A stretch of DNA of 64,000 nt from Fimbriimonadales bacterium (GTDB taxonomy: Bacteria > Armatimonadota > Fimbriimonadia > Fimbriimonadales > ATM1), in NCBI GenBank assembly GCA_041744215.1, contig JBGTLG010000040.1, forward strand, positions 1 through 64,000, in the 5' to 3' direction. Below the pieces are notes generated by a model. It was not told the origin of the DNA and made no database searches. It saw only the letters and a list, made by a program, of their open reading frames with translations. The translations under genes were made by a program, and so were the position numbers. Positions 48,120-57,029 of the stretch are shown one piece after another. Every line of letters starts with the position of its first letter. Position 1 is the first letter of the stretch.

Positions 48120-49862
48120 TTAGCTAGAGAATCCCTTAGCGGTGACCGTGAACGATCCTCCGTTCGGGATACCCATGACGATCACGGCGATTTGCGTGAC
48201 CTGTCCTGCAGAGTAGGTTTTGTTGTACGTTTGGTCCTTGACGCCGCCGGCAGGGGTTCTCGTGTAGCCGATGCCGCGGTTGTCCTTGATGTCTATCACG
48301 CCGTAACCGAAGTTGGCCGAGGCGCCTGTGACTTTGATCTCGACCCGGCGAACCGCCGAGTTGACATTGAACACGTAGTAGCGGGCTGCGTACTTTGCGA
48401 CGCTGCCGCTGTTGCTGTAGTTGGTTCCCACGTTGAGCGCCGTCGTTGTGCGCGGCACTTGCGCTAGCGGTCCGTATGTGACGCCGCCGGGATGATTGAT
48501 CACGAGCGCATTTTCGGTGTATGAGAACGTAGTGTAGTTCGAGCTGTTCGTTGCCAAGTTCTTGTAGTAGTTAGCGAACAGCCACCAGTTGACAATGGTA
48601 TCGAAGCTATACGCGGAGCCAATCCGGCCCTTGATCGTATGGTTGACCGCCTCGATAGTGTTTTTGCCGTTGGTGGAATATCTTTGCCATGTGTCGCGGA
48701 CGGCCAACCGCTCGTTGCCAGCGCGCTGACCCATGTAGACCCACCAGTGGCAGGCGTCGTAGCTTCGACCGAGGAGTGCGTTAGCTGGTGACCCGAGTCC
48801 GGAGTTCATGCGATCCATCCAGTCACCGACGCCGGGGGCTCGGTACTTCTGGCTCCAGGAGGCCGTTGCCTCGACGATCCACTTCATGCCAGCCGTTCCT
48901 GACACGTAGCCGTACGCGTACTGCACGCGGTGGAACAGTTCGTGTACCGAAGTGGTTTGCCGCTTGAGCGTGTTGTTGATGACTTTCGCGCTGCAGAGTC
49001 TCATCGAGTTCCAAGAAGAGCTCGTTGAACCGAGCAGGCCGCTGCCCAAGTCGTAGCACTCAACGTCGATCGTCTCGTTTGGAATGAGCCAAGGCGGCGA
49101 GGTGCTGAAAGTCCACCGAATGTAGTGCGAGGGCTTTCTGAAGTTCGTCACGAAGTTGGTCCACGCGTTGTTTAGAATCGTAGCGGTTGCGTTGATGTTC
49201 GCAAGCGTAGAGTTCTGCGACGCTCTCGCGTTATTATCCGTGTACAAGAATCGGAATTTGCCTACGATACGCTCCCGGTTGAACGTCGGTTTCGTGCCGG
49301 GAGGCGTCCCCTGGACCGCCGTGAGACCTGCACCGATGAAGTTGGGGATCAGAGACGCCTCAGCGCTTCTGATTTCACCACCGCCGCGACCCGGCAGGCC
49401 CTTCATGTCGCCCCGCTTTAGCGGCTGTTGCGCGGGTCCCGCAAGGATTTCGTCGACCTGCCTGCGGGCACCGTCCGAGACGTTTGGGTTTGAGAGGCCT
49501 GCGAAAAGGAGTCCAAACTCATATTCGCCGCACTCATCCATCTTCTGTCGACCTGCGGGTGACTCCAATTCTCTGGCGAGCGCTACGAGCGCTGCGTCAC
49601 TTTTGGGCACTTCGGGGTTGTTTCCGAACATCGACTGGAAGTTCGCTGCCTTGAGTACCGGCAGGTCGAACTCCATCCTCTCCATGGCAAAGTCCCGCAA
49701 GACTGCGTCTCGCGAGAAAGGAAGTTGCAACTCGGGGCGCTTTAGTTGGAGATCCGGTGGCCGCTGACCACCGGGATTTGCCTCGAGGGGTTGGGTGAGC
49801 ATCGCGATCCCGCACATGATGGCGGGCACCGCAATGAAACAGTTTCGGCGTCGTAGCCGCAT
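48120..49862 (-). CDS. Secreted zinc metallopeptidase-like protein (HExxH)
   Basis: HELFHRVQYAY...WIVEATA; signal peptide; RBS AGGAGG. Confidence 0.75.
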   Translation of the reverse strand: MRLRRRNCFIAVPAIMCGIAMLTQPLEANPGGQRPPDLQLKRPELQLPFSRDAVLRDFAMERMEFDLPVLKAANFQSMFGNNPEVPKSDAALVALARELESPAGRQKMDECGEYEFGLLFAGLSNPNVSDGARRQVDEILAGPAQQPLKRGDMKGLPGRGGGEIRSAEASLIPNFIGAGLTAVQGTPPGTKPTFNRERIVGKFRFLYTDNNARASQNSTLANINATATILNNAWTNFVTNFRKPSHYIRWTFSTSPPWLIPNETIDVECYDLGSGLLGSTSSSWNSMRLCSAKVINNTLKRQTTSVHELFHRVQYAYGYVSGTAGMKWIVEATASWSQKYRAPGVGDWMDRMNSGLGSPANALLGRSYDACHWWVYMGQRAGNERLAVRDTWQRYSTNGKNTIEAVNHTIKGRIGSAYSFDTIVNWWLFANYYKNLATNSSNYTTFSYTENALVINHPGGVTYGPLAQVPRTTTALNVGTNYSNSGSVAKYAARYYVFNVNSAVRRVEIKVTGASANFGYGVIDIKDNRGIGYTRTPAGGVKDQTYNKTYSAGQVTQIAVIVMGIPNGGSFTVTAKGFSS

Positions 49863-49992
49863 TTTTGTTCCTCCTATGGTTGCGCCGAACAGCTGTGGCC
49901 GACGCTTCCACCAAAATTTTACCGCAATTTTGCGGGACGCGGACACCAAACTTACAGTTAAATCGTTAACTTCGCAGGATGATTCCCGAGCG

Positions 49993-51744
49993 TTATGCGG
50001 CCGCCGGAATCCCGATCTGCTCAGGGGTTACTGTAACCTTGATTTCCTTGCCGTCCCGCTGAATCACGACTTCAACCGGCTTGCCCGCTTCCGCATTCAG
50101 AAAGATTTCTTGAATGTCCTCGATGGAGCCAATCGTTTGGGTCCCCCACTTCCGGATTCGGTCACCTGCACGGAGGCCAGCCCTCTCGGCAGGAGAGTTT
50201 TCTGCCACCCCGCTTAACAATAGGCCCGGGCCGCCGTCCCCGTACTCTGGTATCAGACCAACTCTCACTCTGCGACCCATGTCGCGTTCTCGAGTTTCGC
50301 CACCAGGAGCCCGGCGTTCTGTGATCACGGCCCCCTTCTTGAATGGGGGCATTTCACTCATCGCGTCGACCAGGTCAATCAGCTTGATCGCTTTGTTTCC
50401 GACCGTAACCATGCCTTCGTAATCGATGTGTTCGGCGACGTCCGACTCTCGGTGGTAACGGCCATGGAGCCCCGTATGGAAGAAGAGAACCGGTACGCCC
50501 TGATTCGCAAATGGCCAGTGATCGCTGTCCGGACGAATAGCCTCTACAACCTTGACTTCTACACTGGTTTTCACTTGCTCAATAAGGGCCGGCCAGGAGG
50601 GGGATGATCCGACACCGCTGATCTCGAGCTTGCCGGTCGAATAGTATCCGACCATGTCGAGATTTAGCATCATCGCAACAGAAGCCATTGGTATTGTTGG
50701 GTTGCGCGTGAAAAAGGTGCTGCCGATGAGGCCAAGTTCTTCGCCCGAGTACAGTTGGAAGACGAGTGTTCTGCGATTCGATTTCGATTCAGCGTAGTAC
50801 TTAGCGAGCTCCAAGACCATTGCCGTGCCACTCGCGTTATCGTCCGCCCCGTGGTGGATGAATTCTGTCCCGCCAATCGCGCCTACATCGCCCCAACCGA
50901 GATGATCAATGTGCGCCCCAATGACGATGTGCTGATTCCTCAGATTAGGATCCGTGCCTGGGAGCACCGCGATCACATTTCGGCCAGTTACACGATTCGG
51001 TTGGAAGGCCACTGTTGCACTAATGCCTTTTGCGGGAGATGTCGGAGTCAACACACGCGCATCCCGCGCTGATTTGCGAGCCTCATCGTAGTCTAAGCCC
51101 GTCAGCTTTGTGAAGATGGAGGGCGAAACCGCGACTGCCGCTAACTTCGAATCGCGCCCGATTCCCCGCTGCCGCGACAAGCGCATAACGCGATGCCCGC
51201 CTTCCTGGCTGGGTCCCGCAAAAATCACGCCTTTCGCACCGCGATCCTCAGCATTCTTTGCTCTCACTGCGTTCGACGGATTCTCTCTAGGTGCGGCTGG
51301 GAACATTACCACCCACTTGCTCTCAACGGATAATCCTCGAAAATCATCACGGGTTGCGTTCACCACGCCTTCACCCGCGAACACGATGCCGCCGGCGACT
51401 TCCTGCGACTCTACTGATCCGTATACAACCTGCCACTCATCGTCTGCAGGAGTGATAGGCGTGCCGTCCGCGAGAGTGAAACTTAGCTTGGCGCTCTCTC
51501 CTTTGGCGGTGCCGAACGAGGCTGGAAACTCCTGGAAGTAGGTTCCAGCAACGCCGCCAGGTAGTGCGCCGATGCTCTTGAAGTAGTCTGCGCAGTAGTC
51601 GGTGGCAATCCTTTCACCAGCCGATCCAGTCAGTCGCCCCTCCAGTTTTGGGTCTGACAAGAAGTAGACATGTCGTTGCATTGCTGACATATCGATTGAC
51701 CGTTCGCCAGCTATTGCACTCAGCGCAAGAATTGTTGTTAACAT
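49993..51744 (-). CDS. M28 family peptidase with PA and PDZ domains
   Basis: GAHIDH, GADDNASG, GEELGLIGS, NLDMVG, SDH, YH..SD, SPAERAGL. Confidence 0.92.
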   Translation of the reverse strand: MLTTILALSAIAGERSIDMSAMQRHVYFLSDPKLEGRLTGSAGERIATDYCADYFKSIGALPGGVAGTYFQEFPASFGTAKGESAKLSFTLADGTPITPADDEWQVVYGSVESQEVAGGIVFAGEGVVNATRDDFRGLSVESKWVVMFPAAPRENPSNAVRAKNAEDRGAKGVIFAGPSQEGGHRVMRLSRQRGIGRDSKLAAVAVSPSIFTKLTGLDYDEARKSARDARVLTPTSPAKGISATVAFQPNRVTGRNVIAVLPGTDPNLRNQHIVIGAHIDHLGWGDVGAIGGTEFIHHGADDNASGTAMVLELAKYYAESKSNRRTLVFQLYSGEELGLIGSTFFTRNPTIPMASVAMMLNLDMVGYYSTGKLEISGVGSSPSWPALIEQVKTSVEVKVVEAIRPDSDHWPFANQGVPVLFFHTGLHGRYHRESDVAEHIDYEGMVTVGNKAIKLIDLVDAMSEMPPFKKGAVITERRAPGGETRERDMGRRVRVGLIPEYGDGGPGLLLSGVAENSPAERAGLRAGDRIRKWGTQTIGSIEDIQEIFLNAEAGKPVEVVIQRDGKEIKVTVTPEQIGIPAAA

Positions 51745-51746
51745 TG

Positions 51747-52775
51747 TTAGTCCTCCCAGTCGCAGACGAACACGTTTGTGTCGCCTTTTTGTTTCCCATT
51801 GCGATTGCTTGACCAAACGAGGCGTTTACCGTCTCGCGTGAACATCGGGAATCCGTCGAACTCCGGCGTGTGTGTGACTCGCTTGAGACCCGTGCCGTCA
51901 ACGTTTATCATGAACAAATCGAATTCTCGCCCCTGGGGATCGCCGTAGTTGGATGAGAATATGATTCTCTTGCCATCCGGATGCAGGAAAGGAGCGAAAC
52001 TTGCAGCTTTTAGGTGAGTCACCTGCCGCTTGTTTTGCCCATCTGCATCCATGATCCAGATTTCGAGTTCACCTGGTCGAACCATATGTCGGGCAAGGAG
52101 TGAAAAGTAGTCTTGACGGTGTTCCTCATCTTTCAGTGGCGCGCGTCTGTAGACAATCATCTTGCCATCCCAGCTGACGAACGGCCCTCCGTCATATCCA
52201 TCTTCGTTCGTGAGTCTCAAAACGCGGGATCCGTCAATCTGCGATCGATATATCTGTAGGTCGCCTTCCTTGTTGCTTGTGAACGTCATGAACGATGCGT
52301 CAGGAGCAATGGTCGTCTCTGCGTGATAACCTTCGCCGATCGCGATCATTGCGCGCTCATTGGTCTTCAGGTTGTGACGAAAAATGCGATACCAAGGATT
52401 AACGACCCACACGTATCCTTGTGACATATCCGCCTTCATGCCCGGTCCGGGGTCTTTCCAATCTGTCGCGCTGTACATGACGTCGTCTGTGCCCGGAATG
52501 AAGTAGCCACAAGTGTGCCTGCCTTTGCCGCTGGAGATCATCCGCTTGCCAGTCCCGTCCCAATTCATAACCAGTATCTGCTCATCCACGTAGTCGTCTT
52601 GTGTCGACTGATAAATGAGTTTCGAGCCATCCAGATTCCAGTACGCCTCTGCGTTCTGGCCGCTGAACGTCAGTTGGCGAATGTTTCTCAGATGTACCTC
52701 GTCAGGGTGCCGGTGAAGCTCGTCGTTCGGAGCCATGGAATCCTGCAGAGCTGAGGAGAGAATGAGCGCAAGCAT
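51747..52775 (-). CDS. TolB-like PD40 beta-propeller protein
   Basis: NAEAYW, GYDGGPF, ASFAPF, FDGFPMF. Confidence 0.88.
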   Translation of the reverse strand: MLALILSSALQDSMAPNDELHRHPDEVHLRNIRQLTFSGQNAEAYWNLDGSKLIYQSTQDDYVDEQILVMNWDGTGKRMISSGKGRHTCGYFIPGTDDVMYSATDWKDPGPGMKADMSQGYVWVVNPWYRIFRHNLKTNERAMIAIGEGYHAETTIAPDASFMTFTSNKEGDLQIYRSQIDGSRVLRLTNEDGYDGGPFVSWDGKMIVYRRAPLKDEEHRQDYFSLLARHMVRPGELEIWIMDADGQNKRQVTHLKAASFAPFLHPDGKRIIFSSNYGDPQGREFDLFMINVDGTGLKRVTHTPEFDGFPMFTRDGKRLVWSSNRNGKQKGDTNVFVCDWED

Positions 52776-52977
52776 CTTCGTTAAGGTACCTACGCGCCCC
52801 TTGCGAGAATGCCTAATTGCCGTCAATTCGGCAGAGTTGCAATCTTGCCGACAGCCCAGCCACCATTTACGCCCCCACTTAGCCTTCGTTTGCCCTGCCG
52901 GCGACCGATCGCGGTGGACGGGGGCGTAATCCCATGTCGGCTTGCGCGTATAACAGCCTAACCCAAGGAGGAATCTC

Positions 52978-53217
52978 ATGAAAGAAATCGTGTTGGTTGT
53001 CGTTGCAGCGCTCCTCGGAGCCGTGTTGACTGCAGTTGCTTTCGCAGGCGGCAACGCCCCGCAGTCTGCGTCAGATGCTGGACCGTGGGGCGTGGTTCAA
53101 GGTGACGGCGCTCCCGAGGCCGTTATGTGGAACCGAAACACCAGCGAATCCTACGCGCTCATACACGACCTCGGCACAAATCCGCCGAGATTCTACTGGG
53201 TTAGGATCGCGAGATAG
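52978..53217 (+). CDS. Small secreted hypothetical protein
   Basis: RBS AAGGAGG, signal peptide AFA. Confidence 0.7.
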   Translation: MKEIVLVVVAALLGAVLTAVAFAGGNAPQSASDAGPWGVVQGDGAPEAVMWNRNTSESYALIHDLGTNPPRFYWVRIAR

Positions 53218-53221
53218 AGCA

Positions 53222-53259
53222 ACTGTGCCTGCTCAGGTTGGTCCCTGGGCAGGCACAGT
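53222..53259. terminator. Hairpin between convergent genes
   Basis: ACTGTGCCTGCTCAGG / CCTGGGCAGGCACAGT. Confidence 0.65.
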
Positions 53260-53264
53260 CTAGA

Positions 53265-53438
53265 CTAGTCGTCGGCAGGATCCTTCGGGATCTCGTTGCC
53301 AGGCATGTTCTTAGAAACGTCTTTCCGCTGCTGGTCCCGCGCTCTAACATCGTCTGGGTTCGATGCCCCGGATGATGCGCATCCGCAAAGGACGCCGATT
53401 GAGAGAATGATTACGATGGCCTGCTTGACACTCTTCAT
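53265..53438 (-). CDS. Small lipoprotein coupled to prepilin-like gene
   Basis: LCGC lipobox; TAATG stop/start overlap. Confidence 0.7.
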   Translation of the reverse strand: MKSVKQAIVIILSIGVLCGCASSGASNPDDVRARDQQRKDVSKNMPGNEIPKDPADD

Positions 53439-54379
53439 TAGTTCAGCGCCCACAGTGGCCACTCTCGATTCCATGTAGGAGCGCTGGTGACCGTTCGAGA
53501 CCCACTGTTAGGACCGCACTGCCAACCTGACCCGTAGCTTGGTACCAGGTAGTCCGCGGGTGTCGGGGTGTCAGCGAGAAACTGTTTTGCGTTGATTGCT
53601 TTCGCGGATCCGTCCGCGCGCCCAATGACGAAGACTTGGCTGTGGGGGATCTGCTTCGCGTCGATCTCCGTTGTTGGAGTGCAGTTCGTCGGGCTGACCC
53701 ACTTCATGAAGTATGGCTCCCACAGGTTGCGTAACGCCGTGGGATAAACAGTCTGGATGGTTGCGCTTGGCGTTGCGAAGACCGGGATGAATGGGATGGT
53801 TGTGCTTGACAGTTCCATGAACAACATCGCTGACGATGGGTCGGGAACGTTTGTGGTCTTACCGCCAAGAAAAGAGTTTCTGTACGCACCAAGCCGGTTT
53901 GGATTGCCGAAGGTGTTTAGCGCTCCAGTCAAGGCCAGATTCACAGCGTACGCATTCGAGATCTCGCCGTTTTCATTCCATTGGAAAGGATCAATCGCGC
54001 GAGACGGGCAGATGAACATTTGTATGCTGTTGCCTGTGTAGGTGAGCAGCCACTTCGGCCACTTGTAGTGGTTGACTCTGTAGGCGAACGGCGGCGAAGA
54101 ACAACCGTCTCCTGGCACAGACCCGGGCGTGCGATGTCGCGGATTGAGCGAGCCGGTAAGTGGCTCGCATCCATCTGCGCGCGCGTACGTATCGTCATAA
54201 TCCGTCGCATAGAGTTGCGCTGCAAGACCAATCTGCTTGATGTTCGCGACACACGTTGTCTTTTTTGCGGCCTCCTTAGCCCGCGCAAAAACAGGGAAGA
54301 GAATTGCGGCTAAGATCGCGATGATCGCGATGACGACAAGAAGTTCTATGAGCGTAAAGCCCCTCCACGACGCTTTCAT
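53438..54379 (-). CDS. Prepilin-type N-terminal cleavage/methylation protein (DUF1559-like)
   Basis: [26 protein letters not shown]-x9-DG ([12 protein letters not shown]). Confidence 0.9.
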   Translation of the reverse strand: MKASWRGFTLIELLVVIAIIAILAAILFPVFARAKEAAKKTTCVANIKQIGLAAQLYATDYDDTYARADGCEPLTGSLNPRHRTPGSVPGDGCSSPPFAYRVNHYKWPKWLLTYTGNSIQMFICPSRAIDPFQWNENGEISNAYAVNLALTGALNTFGNPNRLGAYRNSFLGGKTTNVPDPSSAMLFMELSSTTIPFIPVFATPSATIQTVYPTALRNLWEPYFMKWVSPTNCTPTTEIDAKQIPHSQVFVIGRADGSAKAINAKQFLADTPTPADYLVPSYGSGWQCGPNSGSRTVTSAPTWNREWPLWALN

Positions 54380-54477
54380 GTTTCCTTCCTCCGACTCTCA
54401 TGATTGACCAAGACTCATCCTGGCCTTGGATACATTCTAACACCCTCATTTTCGTTTTGGGTTAATGGCATATTAGC

Positions 54478-54515
54478 AAAAATAAGGCCCCGGCGACAAG
54501 GTCGCCGGGGCCTTA
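54478..54515 (-). terminator. Rho-independent terminator
   Basis: 15-bp perfect stem TAAGGCCCCGGCGAC, U-tract on minus strand. Confidence 0.8.
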
Positions 54516-54535
54516 GAATTTACTTCTTTGTCTGG

Positions 54536-55030
54536 TCAGTCAGGCTTAGGGCAGAACCCTTTTCGCCCACCTAGTTTGCGCGCGTTGGAGCGCTTTTCCT
54601 TGAACTGTTGAGCCATCTCGGCGACCTTCTGCCTCTGCTCAGGAGTGAGCAATGCGTTCATCCGCTGTCGGCTCTCGGACCGGATTACGGCGGCTTTCTC
54701 CATCAGAACCCGCTTTTCCATGCCCGCTGAATTGGCCTTGAGTGTGCTCATTTGATCTCGCTTCCAGGCGCGAACTTCAGCGGCCGCAGTTTTCTGCTCC
54801 TCGGAGAGCCCAAGTTTCTCCCACCCCGCCTTCGCGTTGTGAAGTCGGGCACCTCGTTCTCCGTCGGCTTTGCCAAACTTCATGGCTTTGTCCGATGCGT
54901 CTCCGCTGACCTTCGACTGAATCGACTTGTCCTGGGGTCCGGGCTTTTGAATGACGGCCTGGGACAAAGTCGCGGTGAGTACGGCAACGAGTCCAATTGC
55001 GATTGCGATCCACCACTTGCTGTTGAACAT
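54536..55030 (-). CDS. Spy/CpxP-like periplasmic protein
   Basis: Signal peptide; LGLSEEQ and LLTPEQ (LTxxQ) motifs. Confidence 0.7.
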   Translation of the reverse strand: MFNSKWWIAIAIGLVAVLTATLSQAVIQKPGPQDKSIQSKVSGDASDKAMKFGKADGERGARLHNAKAGWEKLGLSEEQKTAAAEVRAWKRDQMSTLKANSAGMEKRVLMEKAAVIRSESRQRMNALLTPEQRQKVAEMAQQFKEKRSNARKLGGRKGFCPKPD

Positions 55031-55074
55031 CTTGGTTTCCTTCGGGTGGCACTGGGCCAGCCCTCTAAGGTGAA

Positions 55075-55098
55075 TACGAAGAAATCTTCGTAAAGTTC
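55075..55098 (-). promoter_or_regulatory. ECF-sigma-like promoter overlapped by an 18-bp palindrome
   Basis: GAAC-N16-CGTA on minus strand; TACGAAGA-aa-TCTTCGTA. Confidence 0.5.
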
Positions 55099-55116
55099 GC
55101 CGGTAGACTCCGCAAA

Positions 55117-55689
55117 ATGCATGACTTGGAGTCCGCAAAGCGCCTCCTCTACCATCACACGCCGTCGGAGTCACTGCGGCGGCACTGCCTGTCAGTAGGC
55201 TCGGCGATGAGGTGGTATGCCGAGCGGCTTGGGGCCGACACCGCACAATGGGAGATTGTGGGGGTGCTGCATGACTTCGATTATGAACAGCACCCGGATG
55301 ACCACCCCCGCTGGGGGATGGCCCTCCTCGAGTCCGAAGGATGGGATCCCGAGATCGTCCGCGCTATCGGCAGCCATAACGAAGCTCTCGGGATCCTGCG
55401 GACTAGTCCCCTGGAGCGGCACTTGTTCGCCTGCGACGAGATCTCAGGGTTCATTTCTGCGGTCACGTACGTTCGGCCCAGTAAAAGCATCCACGACGTG
55501 GAGGTGAAGAGCGTCCTAAAAAAGCTGAAAACTCCCGCATTCGCGGCCGCCGTGAGCCGAGATGACGTCTATGCTGGTGCAGAAGGAATCGGCCTCACGA
55601 TCGAAGAACATATAGCGAACGTCATTGAGGCGCTGAGAGAGAATTCCGTCGAGCTAGGCCTCCATGGGCCAGGGGACGGAAGCGCGTAA
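55117..55689 (+). CDS. HD (HDIG) domain hydrolase
   Basis: [24 protein letters not shown]. Confidence 0.88.
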   Translation: MHDLESAKRLLYHHTPSESLRRHCLSVGSAMRWYAERLGADTAQWEIVGVLHDFDYEQHPDDHPRWGMALLESEGWDPEIVRAIGSHNEALGILRTSPLERHLFACDEISGFISAVTYVRPSKSIHDVEVKSVLKKLKTPAFAAAVSRDDVYAGAEGIGLTIEEHIANVIEALRENSVELGLHGPGDGSA

Positions 55690-55693
55690 TCAA

Positions 55694-56059
55694 ATGAAGA
55701 TCATTTTGCTTTGCCGTGACCCCGAAATGATCGCTGCTGCGGCCGAGGCCTACGAGTTCACGGACGAGCTGGAAACCTACGCTGACTGGCAGCCAGCGCT
55801 CGACGCCTCGGCGGGCTGTGAGCTCCTTATAGTTGACCTGCTTGCAACCCTTGAAGAGGAAAACAAGATCGAGGGCTATGAGAAGTTTGGCCTGGCGAAG
55901 ATGGGGCACCCAACGGCGAAGGACATACCGGTCGTCCTGATCGCCCCCCCGGACGATTACGAGTTGGAGTACATGGTTGGGTGGCCAGACTTTCTCCACG
56001 GGATGGTCAAGCGTCCTGTGACGATGAAGATCTTCCGGAGAATCTCGACTTGGGTGTGA
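55694..56059 (+). CDS. Atypical receiver-like domain protein
   Basis: KIILL..D, LLIVDL, IPVVLI, VKRPV pattern. Confidence 0.6.
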   Translation: MKIILLCRDPEMIAAAAEAYEFTDELETYADWQPALDASAGCELLIVDLLATLEEENKIEGYEKFGLAKMGHPTAKDIPVVLIAPPDDYELEYMVGWPDFLHGMVKRPVTMKIFRRISTWV

Positions 56060-56073
56060 TTAGGATTTGACCG

Positions 56074-56553
56074 ATGATTAGATCTATGGTCCACGTCGCT
56101 CTGCTGTTGAGCTTCGCCTTGGGCGTCGCCCAGACTCCGCCGCCACCCATTCCCGTGGGCACTGATCCAGTGCAAGCGTATATCAGACCGAGCGTGGCAA
56201 AGGCGATCGTTATTGAGATTGCAACGCAGACTTTGATTGCGTACGAAGGCTCCGAAGAGAAGCATCGCTTTCGATGCAGTACCGGAAAGAACAACGGCAC
56301 TCCCCGCGGAGAGTGGCCAATTCGTCAGAAGCTGCGCTACAACCGCGCTCTCCCAGAGTACGGAAGTGTTCCAATTCCTTTTTCGTTGCGGCTTGACATT
56401 GTGCGAAACGGAAGGCGATACCGAATAGCGATACATGCTCACAAGAGTGTTCCGTCTTATCCTGCGTCTCATGGCTGCATCCGTTTATCGTATGCCGACG
56501 CTGAAACCCTGTTCGGTTGGGCAGATGTCGGCGTCGTCGTTACCATTCGTTAA
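56074..56553 (+). CDS. L,D-transpeptidase (YkuD)
   Basis: CSTG, TPRG, HAHKSVPSYPASHGCIR. Confidence 0.88.
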   Translation: MIRSMVHVALLLSFALGVAQTPPPPIPVGTDPVQAYIRPSVAKAIVIEIATQTLIAYEGSEEKHRFRCSTGKNNGTPRGEWPIRQKLRYNRALPEYGSVPIPFSLRLDIVRNGRRYRIAIHAHKSVPSYPASHGCIRLSYADAETLFGWADVGVVVTIR

Positions 56554-56570
56554 ACCGCCATAATCCCGTC

Positions 56571-57029
56571 ATGTTCGAAGAACCGCTGCCCGGCGTCTAC
56601 CTGCGCCGATTGAGTCGGCACAGCGACTCTCGAGGATGGCTGATCGAGACGTTCCGTGAGGACGAGTTACCGCCGGGCTTCCAGCCGGCGATGGGATATC
56701 TCAGCGTTACCCGTCCCGGTGTCGCAAGGGGCCCGCATGAGCATGCGGATCAGACCGACGGATTCGTTTTTATGTCGGGCAACTTCGACCTCCATCTCTG
56801 GGAGAACCGGCCGGGAGAGGGAGAACAGTATCTGAAACTGAAGGTTGGTGAGGAGAATCCTGTTTTCGTTACTGTGCCACCGGGCGTCGTACACGCTTAC
56901 CAGAACGTCGGCTCAGACGATGCGTTCGTACTCAACTTTCCCGACCGACTGTTTGCCGGGCGAGGAAAGACCGAACCCGTAGACGAGATTCGCCATGAAG
57001 ATGATCCCGATTCGAGGTTCAAGTTTTGA
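56571..57029 (+). CDS. rfbC: dTDP-4-dehydrorhamnose 3,5-epimerase family
   Basis: DSRGWL.E, RGPHEH, VPPGVVHAY. Confidence 0.8.
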   Translation: MFEEPLPGVYLRRLSRHSDSRGWLIETFREDELPPGFQPAMGYLSVTRPGVARGPHEHADQTDGFVFMSGNFDLHLWENRPGEGEQYLKLKVGEENPVFVTVPPGVVHAYQNVGSDDAFVLNFPDRLFAGRGKTEPVDEIRHEDDPDSRFKF

